From: Setoptus koraiensis
Taxonomy: Eukaryota > Animalia > Arthropoda
Direction of reading: 5' to 3'
Assembly (NCBI GenBank): GCA_048013815.1
Contig: CM106585.1
Coordinates: 1,860,001-1,924,000, forward strand
Length of the DNA: 64,000 nucleotides
The translations under genes and the position numbers were made by a program. Below the pieces are notes generated by a model. That model saw nothing but the letters and a program-made list of their open reading frames with translations. It was not told the origin of the DNA and did not search any database. Shown here in pieces: positions 15,201-29,466 of the stretch (position 1 is its first letter; each line of letters starts with the position of its first letter).

Positions 15201-17638
15201 AGCGCAAAGTCAAGTCAGAGGGAATAAAAAACACTCCACGGCCGCTTGTTAAACGATGGCCGAACAGATAAACGGATCAAATCGAGACAGATCAACAATC
15301 AAAATTGTTGTCCATTGTCACAACATCGCTCAAGTCGCCTCAAGTCGCTGATCCGGATAAGCGAGTTTAAACCAGTTGGGGCATTATTGTTTTTTGTCGT
15401 TGTAGCACCGTACACCGGACACTGTAGCGCTTTATGTGGCCAGCAGTAGAGTGAATAGTTTGCATGAATAGTGTCACTAAGTGACTTGTCAATCAAGATC
15501 AACATGGCTACACTTTTTTATTTGTGCCCAATTTCGCTGTAGCGGATTATTTCGCCAAAGTATTTTATTCATCGATGGCAAATAATGCCAAATAACGCCG
15601 TTTAATACGCGGCTGTATGATGCCATATAATGAATAGAGTGAGATATGCCGAATTAGCATATAGGTGGTCCCCGTGTTTCTTTTCTCTGTTGTAACTGTC
15701 CATTATTTCCATTGACATTTTTCATAACTCACAGCTGTTATTGTTATTTATATATTATAAGCTCAATACTTGACAATTCAAGAGCAACGCCTAATCTGAC
15801 CACTAATGGCGCTATTTTATTTTTGCTTTTGCATTTGACAGAATCTCCTCAGATGAGATCTCATCATATGAGATGAGAGCAGATTTCGTCTGCTGTTGCT
15901 CTCATTCTTGATATGGCACTTAGTAGTTACATAATGCGCGCATTACTGGTACCCCAACAATTATGCGCGTGCCCACTCTCGCTGTGTGTGTGCGACAATT
16001 TATTTCAATGACAATTCAATTGACACAAGAAACCAAACAAACAACAACAACAAGTACCGATTACTAGCAGCCTATCACGCTCCATTGGACGCTGGGAACC
16101 GGCCCACTGGCGGCGCTGATTTGGCCGATTTCGCATGCGATTCCTATGAGTTTCCTATCATGAAATGTTGCCGTTCGCTAAAAGGCTCATTTGGGGCCCC
16201 AATCAGCGGCCCAATCGAGGGCGCATCGAGGGCGCATCGGCGGCGCATCGACGGCACAATCGACGGCACGATCGACGTCGCAATCGATGGCGCAATCAAT
16301 GAGAATTCATTGTCATCGCGGCGGTTGTCGTGGTGGTCGTTGTTGTTGTTGTCGCTGTTGTCGCTGTTGTCGCTGTTGCTGTTGTCGCTGTTGCTGTTGT
16401 CGCTGTTGCTGTTGTCGCTGGCGTGGGCACAAGCTCATTACAGCGCAATTATAATAGTCGAATTGGTCTGAAACGAATCGGTTCGAGTGCCGAGGTATCG
16501 GCGAGAATTGCGCCACCGAGCAGCTGCCCTGGTGACACTACTCGAGGCTGGCGAATCAGCGAATCAGCGCATTGGCGAGTTTGCTCACAATTGTCAGATT
16601 CGAAAAGAACTCTCAAGGGAATATTGAGCTTGTCTAATTGAAGAGGTGCCCACTGGCCACTCTTTGGCCACCTCTCAACTCTTCAATGGAGCGCAACACA
16701 ATTGACACAGGCACACATTTAATGCACATTGTAATGATAACTGGCGACAAATCATACTGGCCGGCACGATTACGGCCACCATTGTGATGGCCGCTGCCGA
16801 TGAAATCACTGCAGTGAGAAGCAGTTTCATTTCATTTTATTTCGTTTCGTTTTATTTCATTTTATATTTGGCACGCAGGCCAACGCACTGCGAGAGAGGG
16901 GCTGCAAAAAGAAATTGTACTGATAAAAATAATAATGATCGCTATGGTTTATACAGCGATATGATAGTGGGCACGGTGCGAGTACGGGCACGGTGTGAGT
17001 CGAGAGCAAATGGATAATCTCATGAATATGCTGTTGGCGCACAACGGAGTTTCCCAGAATAAATAGAATCCGGGTAACGACAAACGCCAAGAATAAAGGG
17101 ACAAAAAACATGATATATATAATAGAATAGAATGCCACCAATGATGATATTATGATTGACATTTGTTTGTAAGATCATTTTAGTTGAATAGTTTGAATAG
17201 TTGTTGCACAGTGGCGACCATTGTAATTGTCGTCTGTTGGGCTGTGCGCCGGTGTCTGGTGACATGACAGTGTTTTGAAGAAAATCACAACGCACAACAG
17301 ATCAAAAATCAATGAACAACTATTAATATCATGACCGAGTCATGACAACGATGAGAGTGGCCGACAGTTCGCCTCGAAATGGAAAACGGCAAACGGCAAG
17401 CGGCGAATGACGAATGGCGAATGGAAATTGAAATGGCAAATGGAAATAATTATCGTGAGCGCCACCGAACACGATAATCAAATCAGATCATATCGAATCT
17501 GGTGCGAATGTGCATCGCGTTGGAACGGCAACAACTCACAGCAACTGCTCATATTTCAACTCAATCATCGCACCTCCTCTGCACCTTGTGCGAAGCCTCT
17601 CGCAAGTCAGCCCGAAACAGCGGCGACTCGGCGGCCAC

Positions 17639-17718
17639 TCGGGACCGGCTCGGGACTGGCGCGGGACTGGCTCGGGACTGGCGCGGGACTGGCTCGGGAA
17701 TGCGCGGGTCTGGCTCGG
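17639..17718. repeat. Tandem repeat, 11-bp unit CGGGACTGGC(T/G)
   Basis: Read directly. Confidence 0.85.
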
Positions 17719-19578
17719 GAGTGAGCGACTCGCTCAAGAGCCGGTCCGCCCGGCAACGGGCCGATTCGAAGCGCCAAAATAGCGACTTGCGAACCGATGC
17801 TTGCGACGCCGCCGACAGGAGCGACAAGCGACGAGAATTCCAGACGTCCACTGTCTCACTTCTCACTGTGTGATTCGCACACTGCGAAGGGGGCAGCTGA
17901 CAGCTGATGGCTGACAATGGCCAATGATGCACCCTCTTGTCACTGCAAACTTCATCACATGATCAATGATTAGCTGTGATTAGTTGCGTCGAGTTGCGCA
18001 ACAGCGCCGCTGCTGTCGCTGTGTCAAAAGTCATTGCGTCGGCCGAATGACGCGAATAGCGAACCAATAGCGACACTAACAAATTCTGACATAATATCGG
18101 CCTGGCAATTCTCACTGGCAGCCGGCGAGACGTCTCGACGGCTGATTGTGTTGCGTCACACAATGTGCGTTGTTGAAAATTTCAAATTGAAATCAATAGT
18201 GCGTCGTTTATACGCTGCACACCACAGACTGAATAGATGCTATAGACTGAACAGTGTGGAACATGCAGCGAGGGATATGAAATATAAACGCGAAATGTGA
18301 TCGTCGTCGGCGTGAGAATGTGCGTTTGTGCGTCTTCCGTGTGTCGTTCGAAACGCCAGGTAAATTGTGTTCGCTGGCGAGTAGCGAACGGGACATGAGA
18401 AACAATCACGACGGCCGCATCGAGCTGCCACGACAGTGTAAAATGATCATTATTGAGCGATGGGCACAATCTAAATTGCGACCAATATCCATCCATCCAG
18501 TGGCCGCAGATTCACAATGCTGGCTTCTGTTGGCCGGCAGAGAGGCCAATCAAATCGTGCCAATTGTTGCCAATTGAAATGGAAGCATTGTCAGTGATTT
18601 TTTGATTTTGTAGTGACCAGTGCGGCCATTATGGGAATTACGGGAATTAGCGCCGCCGCTGGCAAAATGGAGGCATTTTGTTTGCGTTAAACAATCACAC
18701 ACAATTGGCGCCGCACTGGCCCGATTGTGCCGGCCCGACCATCGGTCCGTTTGTCGGGTGTGTGCGAGCCGCCGGCCGCTGGACCCAACTGGCGATTTTG
18801 TCGACCATTTCGAGACTGTTTCGAGACTGTTTAGAGAGCGCTTAAATAGTGCGCGGCCGCGGGTTGCAGCTTGCGAGCGTCTCACACCGTCTGAGTGAGA
18901 CGCGATCAGACGGGATCAGACGGGATCGGATTGGTGGCACGCAACCGGCGCTCGAGTCAAAGCTCGAGTCAAAGCTCGAGGCAAAGCTCGAGTCAAAGCG
19001 CCAGGGCCCGACGCCTGACGGGCCGGCCGAGAGCGCGGCTTTGTTTGCGGTGCCCTGTTCAGCGGTCGGCGCTGCTGCGGCCCAAAACAAACTCGCCGGC
19101 CGGCACAATCGCTGCGCGCTGGGCTCTGACGGGCGCCTAAGAGCCCGGCAACGAGAGCGACTGCGGCCGAGCGATCGGGAGAGAGAGAGAGAGAGAGAAA
19201 TCAATTTGCCATCGACGATTGTGTGACAGCGACGCTCGAACTGGAGCGGCCGATCGGCAGCGAGTGCAGAGAACTGATCGATGGCGAAATATCATGTCAA
19301 CCTGTTCTGGCTCTGGCCACTTGTTGGCCGGCCGGCCGGCGTGTTGCGCCAAAAACAATCGGCAGCGCAACAATGTTTGCGGCCGATACGGCGCCGGTCA
19401 GTATTGTGTGGAGGCACAAACAAGAGAGATCAGCAAGAGTGGATAAAAAGAATCGATTAGCACAACAACAATGGACACGAAACAAATTGATATCGTTTTG
19501 AGATTATCATTATTATTGATAACACACACACACACACTCAAGCGGCTACCGTTTCCCGTGCGCCGACGGACCGACAGT

Positions 19579-19811
19579 GGCCACTCAGTGACTGGATAAA
19601 GCGACTGGATAAATCGGAGGCAGTATACGGGCGAGTTTGTTGCGGCGACCGGCAACCAATGACTTATGAGTGGCAAGTTGTGAGTAACTTGTAAGTTGTC
19701 AGTCATGGACGAGCACTGTTTTGGCGCCACTTTTGCCCGAGCGGCCGGCCGGCCCGAGCCCGTACAGCGGCCACTCAGTGACTGGATAAAGCGACTGGAT
19801 AAATCGGAGGC
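19579..19811. repeat. Spaced exact 43-bp direct repeat (19579-19621 and 19769-19811)
   Basis: GGCCACTCAGTGACTGGATAAAGCGACTGGATAAATCGGAGGC occurs twice, 190 bp apart. Confidence 0.9.
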
Positions 19812-22486
19812 GACCCAACAAACAAATCACGCAATGGTGCGCCGCACTTTGGAGGCTTCGCTCGCCAAACAATGAATAAACAATAAGCTGGCCCGAGTGG
19901 CCAAATAATGGCCGTCATAAGGCAACTGAGATGAGCCAAATGTTTGAGTCAAACGCTTCAAATCATGCCCGTCGCAAGCGCCACAAAGTAACAGACCCAT
20001 GATTAGTCTTTAGCACGTCTTTACCTGGCCAACTGCAACAATGCAGCGAGCGGCCACTTGTTGCCACTCTTGCTCACCTGTCTTCAATGGACAGTGTAAT
20101 AGTGTGAGAGTTTGCTGTGTGTCTCGTGTGAGACGCAGCAAACTGGTCGGCACACAAGCCAACAAATAATGATAATGGCGCCAATATTGGCACGCAAACA
20201 ACCATATCTAACTGGCCGCTTGCATAGTGGCTAAGTGGCCAAATAATACACACAACAACACACCGTCAAATACAACACTGGCAACAACGTGACAGTGCCA
20301 GCAAAAGGTGAGACGATTCACATCGTTTCATTAGCGCAGATTTGATTTGGCCAGACATTATAATTGCAATCGGCACACAATATTGAGCCAAAATTCTTGG
20401 CCCTTGCCCGCTCACCTGTTCACCTGTTCGCCTGTGTGTGCAAAGCGCAATGTTGTTTGGGGTTATTCGGGCTCGTTTGGGCTCGTTTGGGGATGTTCCA
20501 AGTTGCTTGGGGTTGCTTGAGCTTGTTCGGGCTCGTTTGGGCCTGTTCGGGCCGGCTCGCGTTTGCGAGTTGAGCGGGCAGCGGTGCCAAACGAGTGGCT
20601 ACCATCACAAATGTCAGTTGCAAACTCAATTAGAGAGTGACGACCGAACGCGACGGCAACGAGCGGCAAAAAGTGGTCGCTCTCTTGTCAGCCTCTCCTA
20701 TCGCACAAAGCCACTTCCTCCCGGCGACAACGGCGACAACAGCGACAACAACGACAGCAACGACAGCGACAACAACGACAACGGCGACTAACATTGCAAG
20801 GCGACTACAATGACAGCAACGGCGGACGGCAGCGACAACAAGTTGTCATGATGTCGTCAGCGGGCAACGGCGCAATTAAAGCGAAGCCAGGTAAAAAATA
20901 AATGAGACGACATGTTGTCATGTCCCATCTGTTGTTTGTTATGATTAAACTGTCGCTCTGTGGCTCGCTTATGTGGCGCCACAGAGCCGATCCATTCAAT
21001 ATCGGGCTATCCGGCCATCGGGGTATCACACACTCATGTGCTGGTACCTCGTCTGGGGTATCAATGTCAATCAATGACACTTGAAACATGAACACACAAT
21101 TAAATTTGCTTGCCCTAATTGCGGCCTTAATTTAACTTGCAGCTTGCCGCTGTGCCAGCTCAATTGGCTCCAATGCCGGCTATCCTATTATTAAATGTTG
21201 GGCCGTGTCACACTCGGCTAATTTTGTGCCGCCGTGTCGGTGTCGGTGTCGGTGTTGCGACGACAGTGTCAAGAGAAGCCTCTCATTGTTTGTCGCCTAT
21301 CGCAAACACGCCGCCTAATAGGCCTAATGGGCGACTTGATAGCCCACGCTGCAATCGCACCGTCCGACTATCCGAGCCGCCGAGTATCCGAGCCGCCGAG
21401 CATCCGAGCCGCCGAGCATCCGAGCGGCCGACCGGCCAAGCCGAGCAGCCCGACCATCGGCTGACGATATTGGCCGGGTAAATGACCTCCGATTTATATT
21501 ATTTTTTATTAAATTACCCGGATAATTACCTGTGTGTGTGTGTGTGTGCGTATCGAGCTGCCAGTTGTAAGGTTGCCGGTTCTAGGGTTGCCGGTTCTAG
21601 GGTTGCCGGCTCTAGGGTTGCCGGCGTCACCTCAGAAGTTGTGAGTCAGAACTTGTGACAAGAGCGAGTCACAAGTCGCAAAGAGCGGCGGAATCCGCCC
21701 CTCGTGGTCGGCGTGAATGATGACGACTCACTTTCGCGGCAAAATGACAGCCGCGGTGATACTGAGACGCCGCGGCCGTTTAAATGGCGTCGTCGTCGTC
21801 ATTCATGATACCATAACAATATCCATGTTATTAACTCAAAATACACACTCACCCCCGGATAATACGAACAATGTGAAGCTGCGAGCCGGCGATACAGTGA
21901 CAGTTATAGTTATAGTTTGTTTACTATTTGACTTTCACTCGACTGTCGAGTGTCGACTGTCGAGTCTCGGCTGCCACAATAATTGCACCTAATTCAATTG
22001 CAATCGATTCTAATTTAATATATATTTATATACAATACGTATATAATACACGAGCGAGTCGGCTGCAATCGGTAATTGTTGTCTGTAATGTGTAGCGGCC
22101 AACGAGAAAGAGATAGATGGTCGGACGTCAAAACTAAATGGACCGTTTCAATGGGAACGACAGCAGCCAGATAAGCCCACTGGCTGTGAGATGAGCTGCC
22201 AATTGAGCAAACCGGCCAAAGCCAAAAGCGACCAAACACAACAACATATAGGCTGCCCACTCACCTGGTGTGTCGGTGTTGTTGTTGTCGCCGAGCGTAT
22301 GTCACTTTGCTGTGTGCAGGCTGCGCGCACAATTAGATCGGCATCAGCAACAACCGAACCAACCAGCGCCACAAGCCAGGTAATTACGGCTGATAATATA
22401 ATAGTAAGTGACAAATTCATTACACTGTTGCGCTGCTTTGACGGCTCACGGCTCCACTTTTGACGTTTGGTATACGTTTGGATGTC

Positions 22487-22640
22487 GGGACGTTCGGACG
22501 TTCGGACGCTCGGACGTTCGCGGGTTCGGATGTTCGGACGTTCGAACGTTCGGACGTTGCGCGTTCGGATGCTCGGACGTTCGAACGTTCGGACGTTGCG
22601 CGTTCGGATGCTCGGACGGCGCGCGTTCGAGCGCTCGGAT
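22487..22640. repeat. 8-bp CGGACGTT array with a 39-bp higher-order unit
   Basis: Higher-order copies start at 22535 and 22574. Confidence 0.85.
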
Positions 22641-25600
22641 AGTCGGACAGCAGCCGTGGAAGGTCAAACCATGATTGCGATCGACGCACAAGTCGAGCTG
22701 AAACAGCGCAAACAGTATGTTGCAGCTTAGCGAGTATCAAGTGTCTAATTCCAATCATTGTTGTATATTAATTTTAAAATGGTCCAATGTTGTCCGTTTA
22801 TTCATAATAGCGCATGATGGCAATATCATGGCAATATCAGGGCAATATCATGGCAATATCATGGCAGCTCCGAAAAGTCACTCTAAACAAACACATCATG
22901 ACTTTGTATATTTATAAATTTCACTTTAACGTATAAGTGCAGAGTGTGCATTGAATGGCGGCCGGCATAACAGCGGCCAATTGGTTGAGCCAATTATAGG
23001 TGGATTGATTGGCGTAGCCTATAACAAGATAATTGGAGCGATTGTTTGCCTCTCTCTCTCTCTCTTAATATCGTGACTAAAACTAACTATTTGGCTCTAA
23101 TCTATAGGACAAACAACAAATCGATTTAGTGAGTGGATCGACAAAGTGAAGCAATCAAATCAAATTATTATACCAAACAACAGCAGCCGATATCTATTTC
23201 CATAATTCAACCGACCCGACAATGCAAGCCAGCCAGCCGGCCGGCGATAACGACAATGCAAGTTAGCCGGCCGACAACAGCCTGAGATATCAAGAGCCTG
23301 AGATGTCGAGAGCCCGAGATATCGAGAGCCGGCGATAACGAGAGCCAGCGCTAACTCTCGTTAAGAGAGCCAGAGGGCAAAAGCCGGCTAAAAGCGGCCA
23401 ATTTAAGTTATCTGGTGCCTGCAGGGATAATTGAAGCCACAATTGAACACTATTTAAATACATGATACATGAGTGTCGGCTCGGTTAAAGGACACAATTG
23501 ACTGGGCGCCAATTCAATTAAGTCAACTCTTGATCCATCTATTCGGCTACCGTCGGGCCCGGCTTGATATCACCTGTCGTCTGTGTGTGACTCTCACTGT
23601 AGATACTGACAACAACAACAACAGCATTGTGTATTTGCACTTGTTTATAATGTAAAGTGCTCGTATGTGTTGTTATTTGTTTTCTGTTATCTGTTACGAT
23701 GATGATGATGATGATGTAATATATATACACACTGCAACATGGCTATGTTTGGTACAAACTACCGGTTGTGCGCTGTTGCGACCAATCGACCGATTGTTGG
23801 TGGTTGTAGTCGCGTAAGTGCAGAGAGACAACTGGTCAAGCAATTCAGTTCAATAGTGAAGAAAATTGCTTAATAGTTGCTAGTTGCAAACAACAACAGA
23901 GACAGATGTAATGCGACAGCAAAGTGCAGCCACGATGAGAGAGAAGAAGCGCCGGCGCTTCTTCTTCTCATTCGTTCTTATGAATATTTCTTTATTTCGT
24001 GCGTTTTATACGTGCACTGTGAATTTGAAATTGTGAATTCTGAATTAAAACAAACAATAAACACTCTACTATTTGATGGTCAGCACCAACAACAAGCAGT
24101 TTTGTGCTACGCCATCTATTATAATATGTTGGCTCTCTGTTGAGTGAGCGCACAGTCGCTGCAAGTCTGGTCCAAGTTGGCGTGGAAATTTGATACAAAC
24201 AAAAAGAACTCATTATCAGGGTCATTATTCGATAGCATCGAAATGAAATTTTGATCAGATGCTGATGAGATCAGCTCGAATCAGATCAGCTTTTTTCTCA
24301 GTTTAGCCAACAGTAGTGGCAACATTATGAGATATGAGTGCCAGTCGCACACTTGAGCGCAACTACAGAGGAAGTAAAACTACCATTGCTCTAATGTTGT
24401 GTGTAGAGGATAATTACGTTCAATCATTTTCAATTTTCCACCATCACAGTGGCCGTCGTCGTCGTCGTGATTATTTGATTGCATGATATAATATTAATTG
24501 CTAGCCGCTTCTCTCGCTCCTTCTCTCTCTCTCGCTCTGACTCTAATTTATCTCGCGCTCTTTCTCTCCGCTCTCCGCTCGATACTCTCCACTCTAATAC
24601 TCTCTAATATTGGCCCTTAATATTCGCCTTTATTGGTTGATGGCTGAAAATAATGGATTAGACTTAGTCGTCTGTCTGCAGTTGTTGTGTATTGTGTTGG
24701 AGCTGGGAAAATTGATTCATCTCGTCTCATTATAAAAATCGTTTTATTTGCGGCCAATCAAATCATTGCCGACACACACACACACACAGGCGAGCTGAAG
24801 ATTATTATTTAGCCATTATTTAAATAGTTGTTACAGATCTTTAGTTGGGATTTAGTTTTCGGCCGACAACAACCACCAGTTTGTTAGCTGGAATAGTGGT
24901 AGCAATAGTGAGTCAGTATAGTATATATAGTTTAGCAATTGATCCGACACTCAAATTGGCCAGTCCGACAATTTTACAAGTAAACGAGTACAAGTAAGCG
25001 ACCAACCAACCGACTGACCAGTGGAAATGAGAATTGGTTTGAATTTGGCGCTAGAAACAGGTTGCAACTGGGTCAAAAACTACAGGGTGTTTAAGCTGGC
25101 ATGGCTATTGATCGGCGCTAAGTTGAACGTCAATTAAGTTGCCTTTGTTATGGGACAACCTAGTTTAACTGGCAGTTGTCGGTGGTAGCGTTTGACCCAG
25201 ATGATTTGGATTTAGCCACACAGTCAAAAATGGATGATTTACATAACATTTCATTACATAACATTACAATAGATTGTTATAATAGATGGACATAATGAAT
25301 AGATTTTGCCATCAAAAGTGCAGCTTCTTATTTTTCCTTGTCGCTTGCATAGCTATAGAAGTCGCTATAGAAATGCTAAACAACACTCAAGTCTAAACAA
25401 TTTAAATTCACTGAATGGGCCTTTTGTATGTACAAATAGCGATAAAAATAGTAGCGAATTAAAAGTTAAAAGTCGAGAGACTTGCCAACGAACACGGACA
25501 ACGGCACAACAAACGGACATTGGAATGGGGAGCGGAGAAATGGAAGCAATGACATTAAACATGCATAATATCATGTTGTTATTGTTGTCCGTTTTTCATG

Positions 25601-28600
25601 CGACCGGCAGAGCAAGAGCAAGAGAGATATAAAATTGACAATAATCATGATTGTTGTTGTGTTGTGTTGTGCTGCTGTTTATGGAAAGCACCAGTATATA
25701 GTTTAGGAAACTAAACTAGTCACACTAAAATGTATATATGGGAATAATGGGAGATAAAAGGCCAAATAACTGGTGTACACGACAAGAGTGTAGCGACACG
25801 CAACAATATCATTGCTAGTTGTCATCATCGTCACAGCGAAGCCAATAACATGTAATGGCCACAAGCATGCTCGCAATAGTGCTCGACGACGGTGTTGATG
25901 GTGCTGGCGGAAGTGGCCACAACAAAAAGTGAGAGTAACCGCAACAACAATAACAACAATGATAAAATATTGACGCCAACAACAACGGATAAACAACGAC
26001 ATTATACCATTATTGCCAGCTGAGCGTTATACAAAAGGATCACGCTCTATTATTGTAAATCGTGAACAACAACAACAGCAGCAGCAACAACAGCAACAAC
26101 GACAGTGCAAGTGACAACAAAACAACTGGACTTTGTTGTGCACACTTGAGAGTCACACAAATGTCCGGACGGACCCCAAATGTGCCAAATCGAAACGGCC
26201 GTCTCGAGGCAAGTGTCTCTTGTTAATACTTAATCTATGTTGTCGTTGCAATAAAAATGTATAGAGGTGTATTAGAATGAATGATACACTCACTAGGTGG
26301 CTGCTGTTCATTGTTGCCCAAGAAGTGAGTGGCCATTATGGTGGCAACAACAACGACAACAACAGCAACAACAGCAACAACAGCAACAACAGCAACAACA
26401 AATGATGATGATGATAAATAAATTGAATTTAAACCACGCAATAAAGGAGTCGCACACAATCGGAGGCCCGCCTTGGGACCATTCTCTCCAATTGCGACAA
26501 AGTCTAGGCAAAATAGAGGCTGGGCAAAACCGAGAATCGGCTGAGGCCAAGGCGATTGAGGCTAGGCGAGTTGGCCCCCTTGTACAAACTTTTGGCACTT
26601 GAAGAATGAAAATGGTGTCGATTTGGCGGGCGAGTTCAAACCGATCGAGCGCCACACTATAGGACTTGGGGCGACACTTGTGAGTGAACTATTAGGTGGA
26701 ACTATTAGGTGGAATAGGGCCGAAATGGGGGCACGCTCTTATGAGAGGCCGACTGGCACGAAATAGATTGAGAGGATGGAAAAAACGAGTGGAGCCAATT
26801 TACTAACTGGGCAAATTATCACCGATAGGCCACACAAATTAGCGACACCAAGCAGTTGTAACGGATAAGTGGTGTCCTATAAATGTTGTGTTTGCAAGTG
26901 CTGCCAACAGTGTTGTAGCGGCTCAATTTATAGGGCTCATTAGCCTTGGCAAGCGGGCACAATATTGTCATTGAATCATGATGTTTTTCCTCATAGCTGG
27001 CACTTAGACAGGCTCAAATTTATACTTGAACAATATAGGAAGGACACACTGGGGTACATGTAGGAGAACATATAATAAGCACGTATAAGCATGTATTAAA
27101 GTTTGTATAAAGTCAGCTGAGAGCTGTCTTATCAATAGATTGAGATGTTTTGTCCGCGAGAGAAGATATGTGTGTATCGAGTAAGTGAATGTGTATTCGA
27201 AGTTAAGTGTGAGTGACCGCCATGCAAATGAGCAAGGCAGTGCACTACTTAAATAGTGATACACATTTGGCTGGTTTATTTGGCGCTGGTGTCACTGTCA
27301 AGATGAGACAACAGGGCGATAGCACCAACATAAAACTGCTGCTTGTGCCGGTCGTCACATTGAATGTGTGGACCACAAACTATTATGTAATCCACTAGCT
27401 GACATTAGTATTAACTCGTGGTATTAAGCAGCTTGTTATTGTATAGAAGTTGCTTGCAGTTGTGCCAAGAAGACACTTGTTAAATGGCTTGTGTGTCACT
27501 TAAGGCAAGCGGATATTTGCGTGCCACTGCTGTGATGATATAATAGTTATATAATAGTAATAGTAGTTGTGGTGGTGGTGGCAATGGTAGTGGCAGTAGT
27601 GAAAGTAGCCTGCCGCTTATAGCCAAAATCTAAACAAGTTGCCATTGGCGAGTTGTTGCCTGGGAGCAAACTTGAAGCACCAATAACAAGTTCAAGTAAC
27701 TTGAGTGGTTGCAATGAGCCAAACTGGCTGCTCACTGGACTGGCTCAACGCAATGCGAGCTAGAGCGAGAGGGAAAGCCAACAAACACACTTAGACAAAC
27801 CGTAAGAAGGTTACATAAGAGATAAGAGAGCGACAACAAATCACAAGAGCGCGACCAAATCACTTTCACCATGTCTCGCCTCTAATGGCCATCGCCAAGT
27901 AATTCATTGATCGTGTGCGCTAATAATCGTCACCGGTCATCATTGTGACCAGAGCCAAAGGGACTATTGCGACTGTTGCGACCATTGAGACTATTGAGAC
28001 TGTCGAGAGACTCAATAGTGTTGTTGTTGTTGTTGTTGTGTAATTCTAATGAGGGAGCCCCAACTCAATCGCAATATATCAAGCAGAAGAAGTGGGCCAC
28101 CATTAAAAAGTATCCATTCTGTCTGAATGGTTGCTAATGGCGCTCTTATTACTTATTGCACGGTGAGCCGATATGAGCGATAATGTAATGTGAGAGTTAC
28201 ATTGCTTGTTGTGTCCAGTGCGCCTATTGGTTTGGCCAGTGTACGAGACTAGCGCTGCCAGCGGTAATCGATTATGTTAATCAATATCATCGAGCCTCAA
28301 CTGTTATACCAGGCTGGTTGTTGTATCATTTTTGCACCACCAACGTCAAGCACGTGCAAGCCAAAAGTACTTTACTTATATCTGACGCAGCGCGCGTGTT
28401 GACTAAATTTGCGCGCTGCCTCAATTGAGACGAGATTTGCCCTTGTTGGCTTGTTGTTGGCTTGTTGTTGGTGTCAGTGTCGGTGTTGTTGCGCTGGGGT
28501 CACGCTGTTCACGCTGCCGACGATGACACACAAGCGGCTATTGCGTCAGTGCTGCAAATCAAATGTAACAGTCGATGGTTGTTGATGGCTGGCTTAAATT

Positions 28601-29448
28601 GATTCACTGGCAAACTAAATGTCGTTGCATTAGCGTATCGTTTTGACGCTTGCTGCATCGTGTGCCGAGCATGATGCAATCCAATTCACGTCGTCATGTT
28701 GTGTGAATAGTGCCGTTGTTGTTGTTGTCGTCGTTGTTGTTGTTGTTGTTGTTGTTGTCGCTGTTGTTGTTTGTGGCCCGCGGACGCTGATGAGCGCGCA
28801 TCAATTAACATTGCCGTTTGTCAACAATGACAACACCACCAACGGCAACTGCAACAACTGCGACGACTGCGACATTTGCAACAACTGCAACAACCGACTG
28901 ATGGCGGCAACTGGACGCGACGTAACGGGCACGCCGGTTGCGAGCACTTTTCAGCGTCGCTCGGTCGCTGCCGAGTGAGAGCGGGCCAATTTGTTGTCGG
29001 GTTGTCCATTGTGGCTCTATTCTGGCCAGAGGTTGGGCCTATTTTCGGTTCGAGCGGACACCGCGGTCGGATTTGCGGATATACACAAATACACATAGAA
29101 ATATAATATATAAACACACGCAAACACAAGCAGCGGGGCGCACCTAGCGCGCCGGCAAACCGGCAAACCAGCGCGCCAGCACGCCGCATACGGGCCAGGC
29201 TCGGGCGAGCTGGTAATCCTTTGGCGAGAGAATCCCTGGCGAGAATCGTCTGCCTCTGAGAATCGTTGCCCGATCGGGCCACTTTGGTGTTTGCGCGGCG
29301 CTTGTTGTGGTCACGCTTCTTACTTGTCGGACAGGAACGCGGGGGTGGACAGGAACATTATTTGCGGTTTCGCGCACCCAATCAAACAACAATGGCCATT
29401 ATCGTGATTATCGTCGCGGTCATAATCACCCGCTGCCAGGACGGGCAA

Positions 29449-29466
29449 GCTGCAACCGGTTGCAGC
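29449..29466. repeat. Perfect 18-bp palindrome GCTGCAACCGGTTGCAGC
   Basis: Read directly. Confidence 0.9.

Noticed and set aside
22487-22640. GAACGTTC repeats as heat-shock elements
   Set aside because: The period is 8 bp, not the alternating 5-bp nGAAn/nTTCn register needed for three-unit HSEs.
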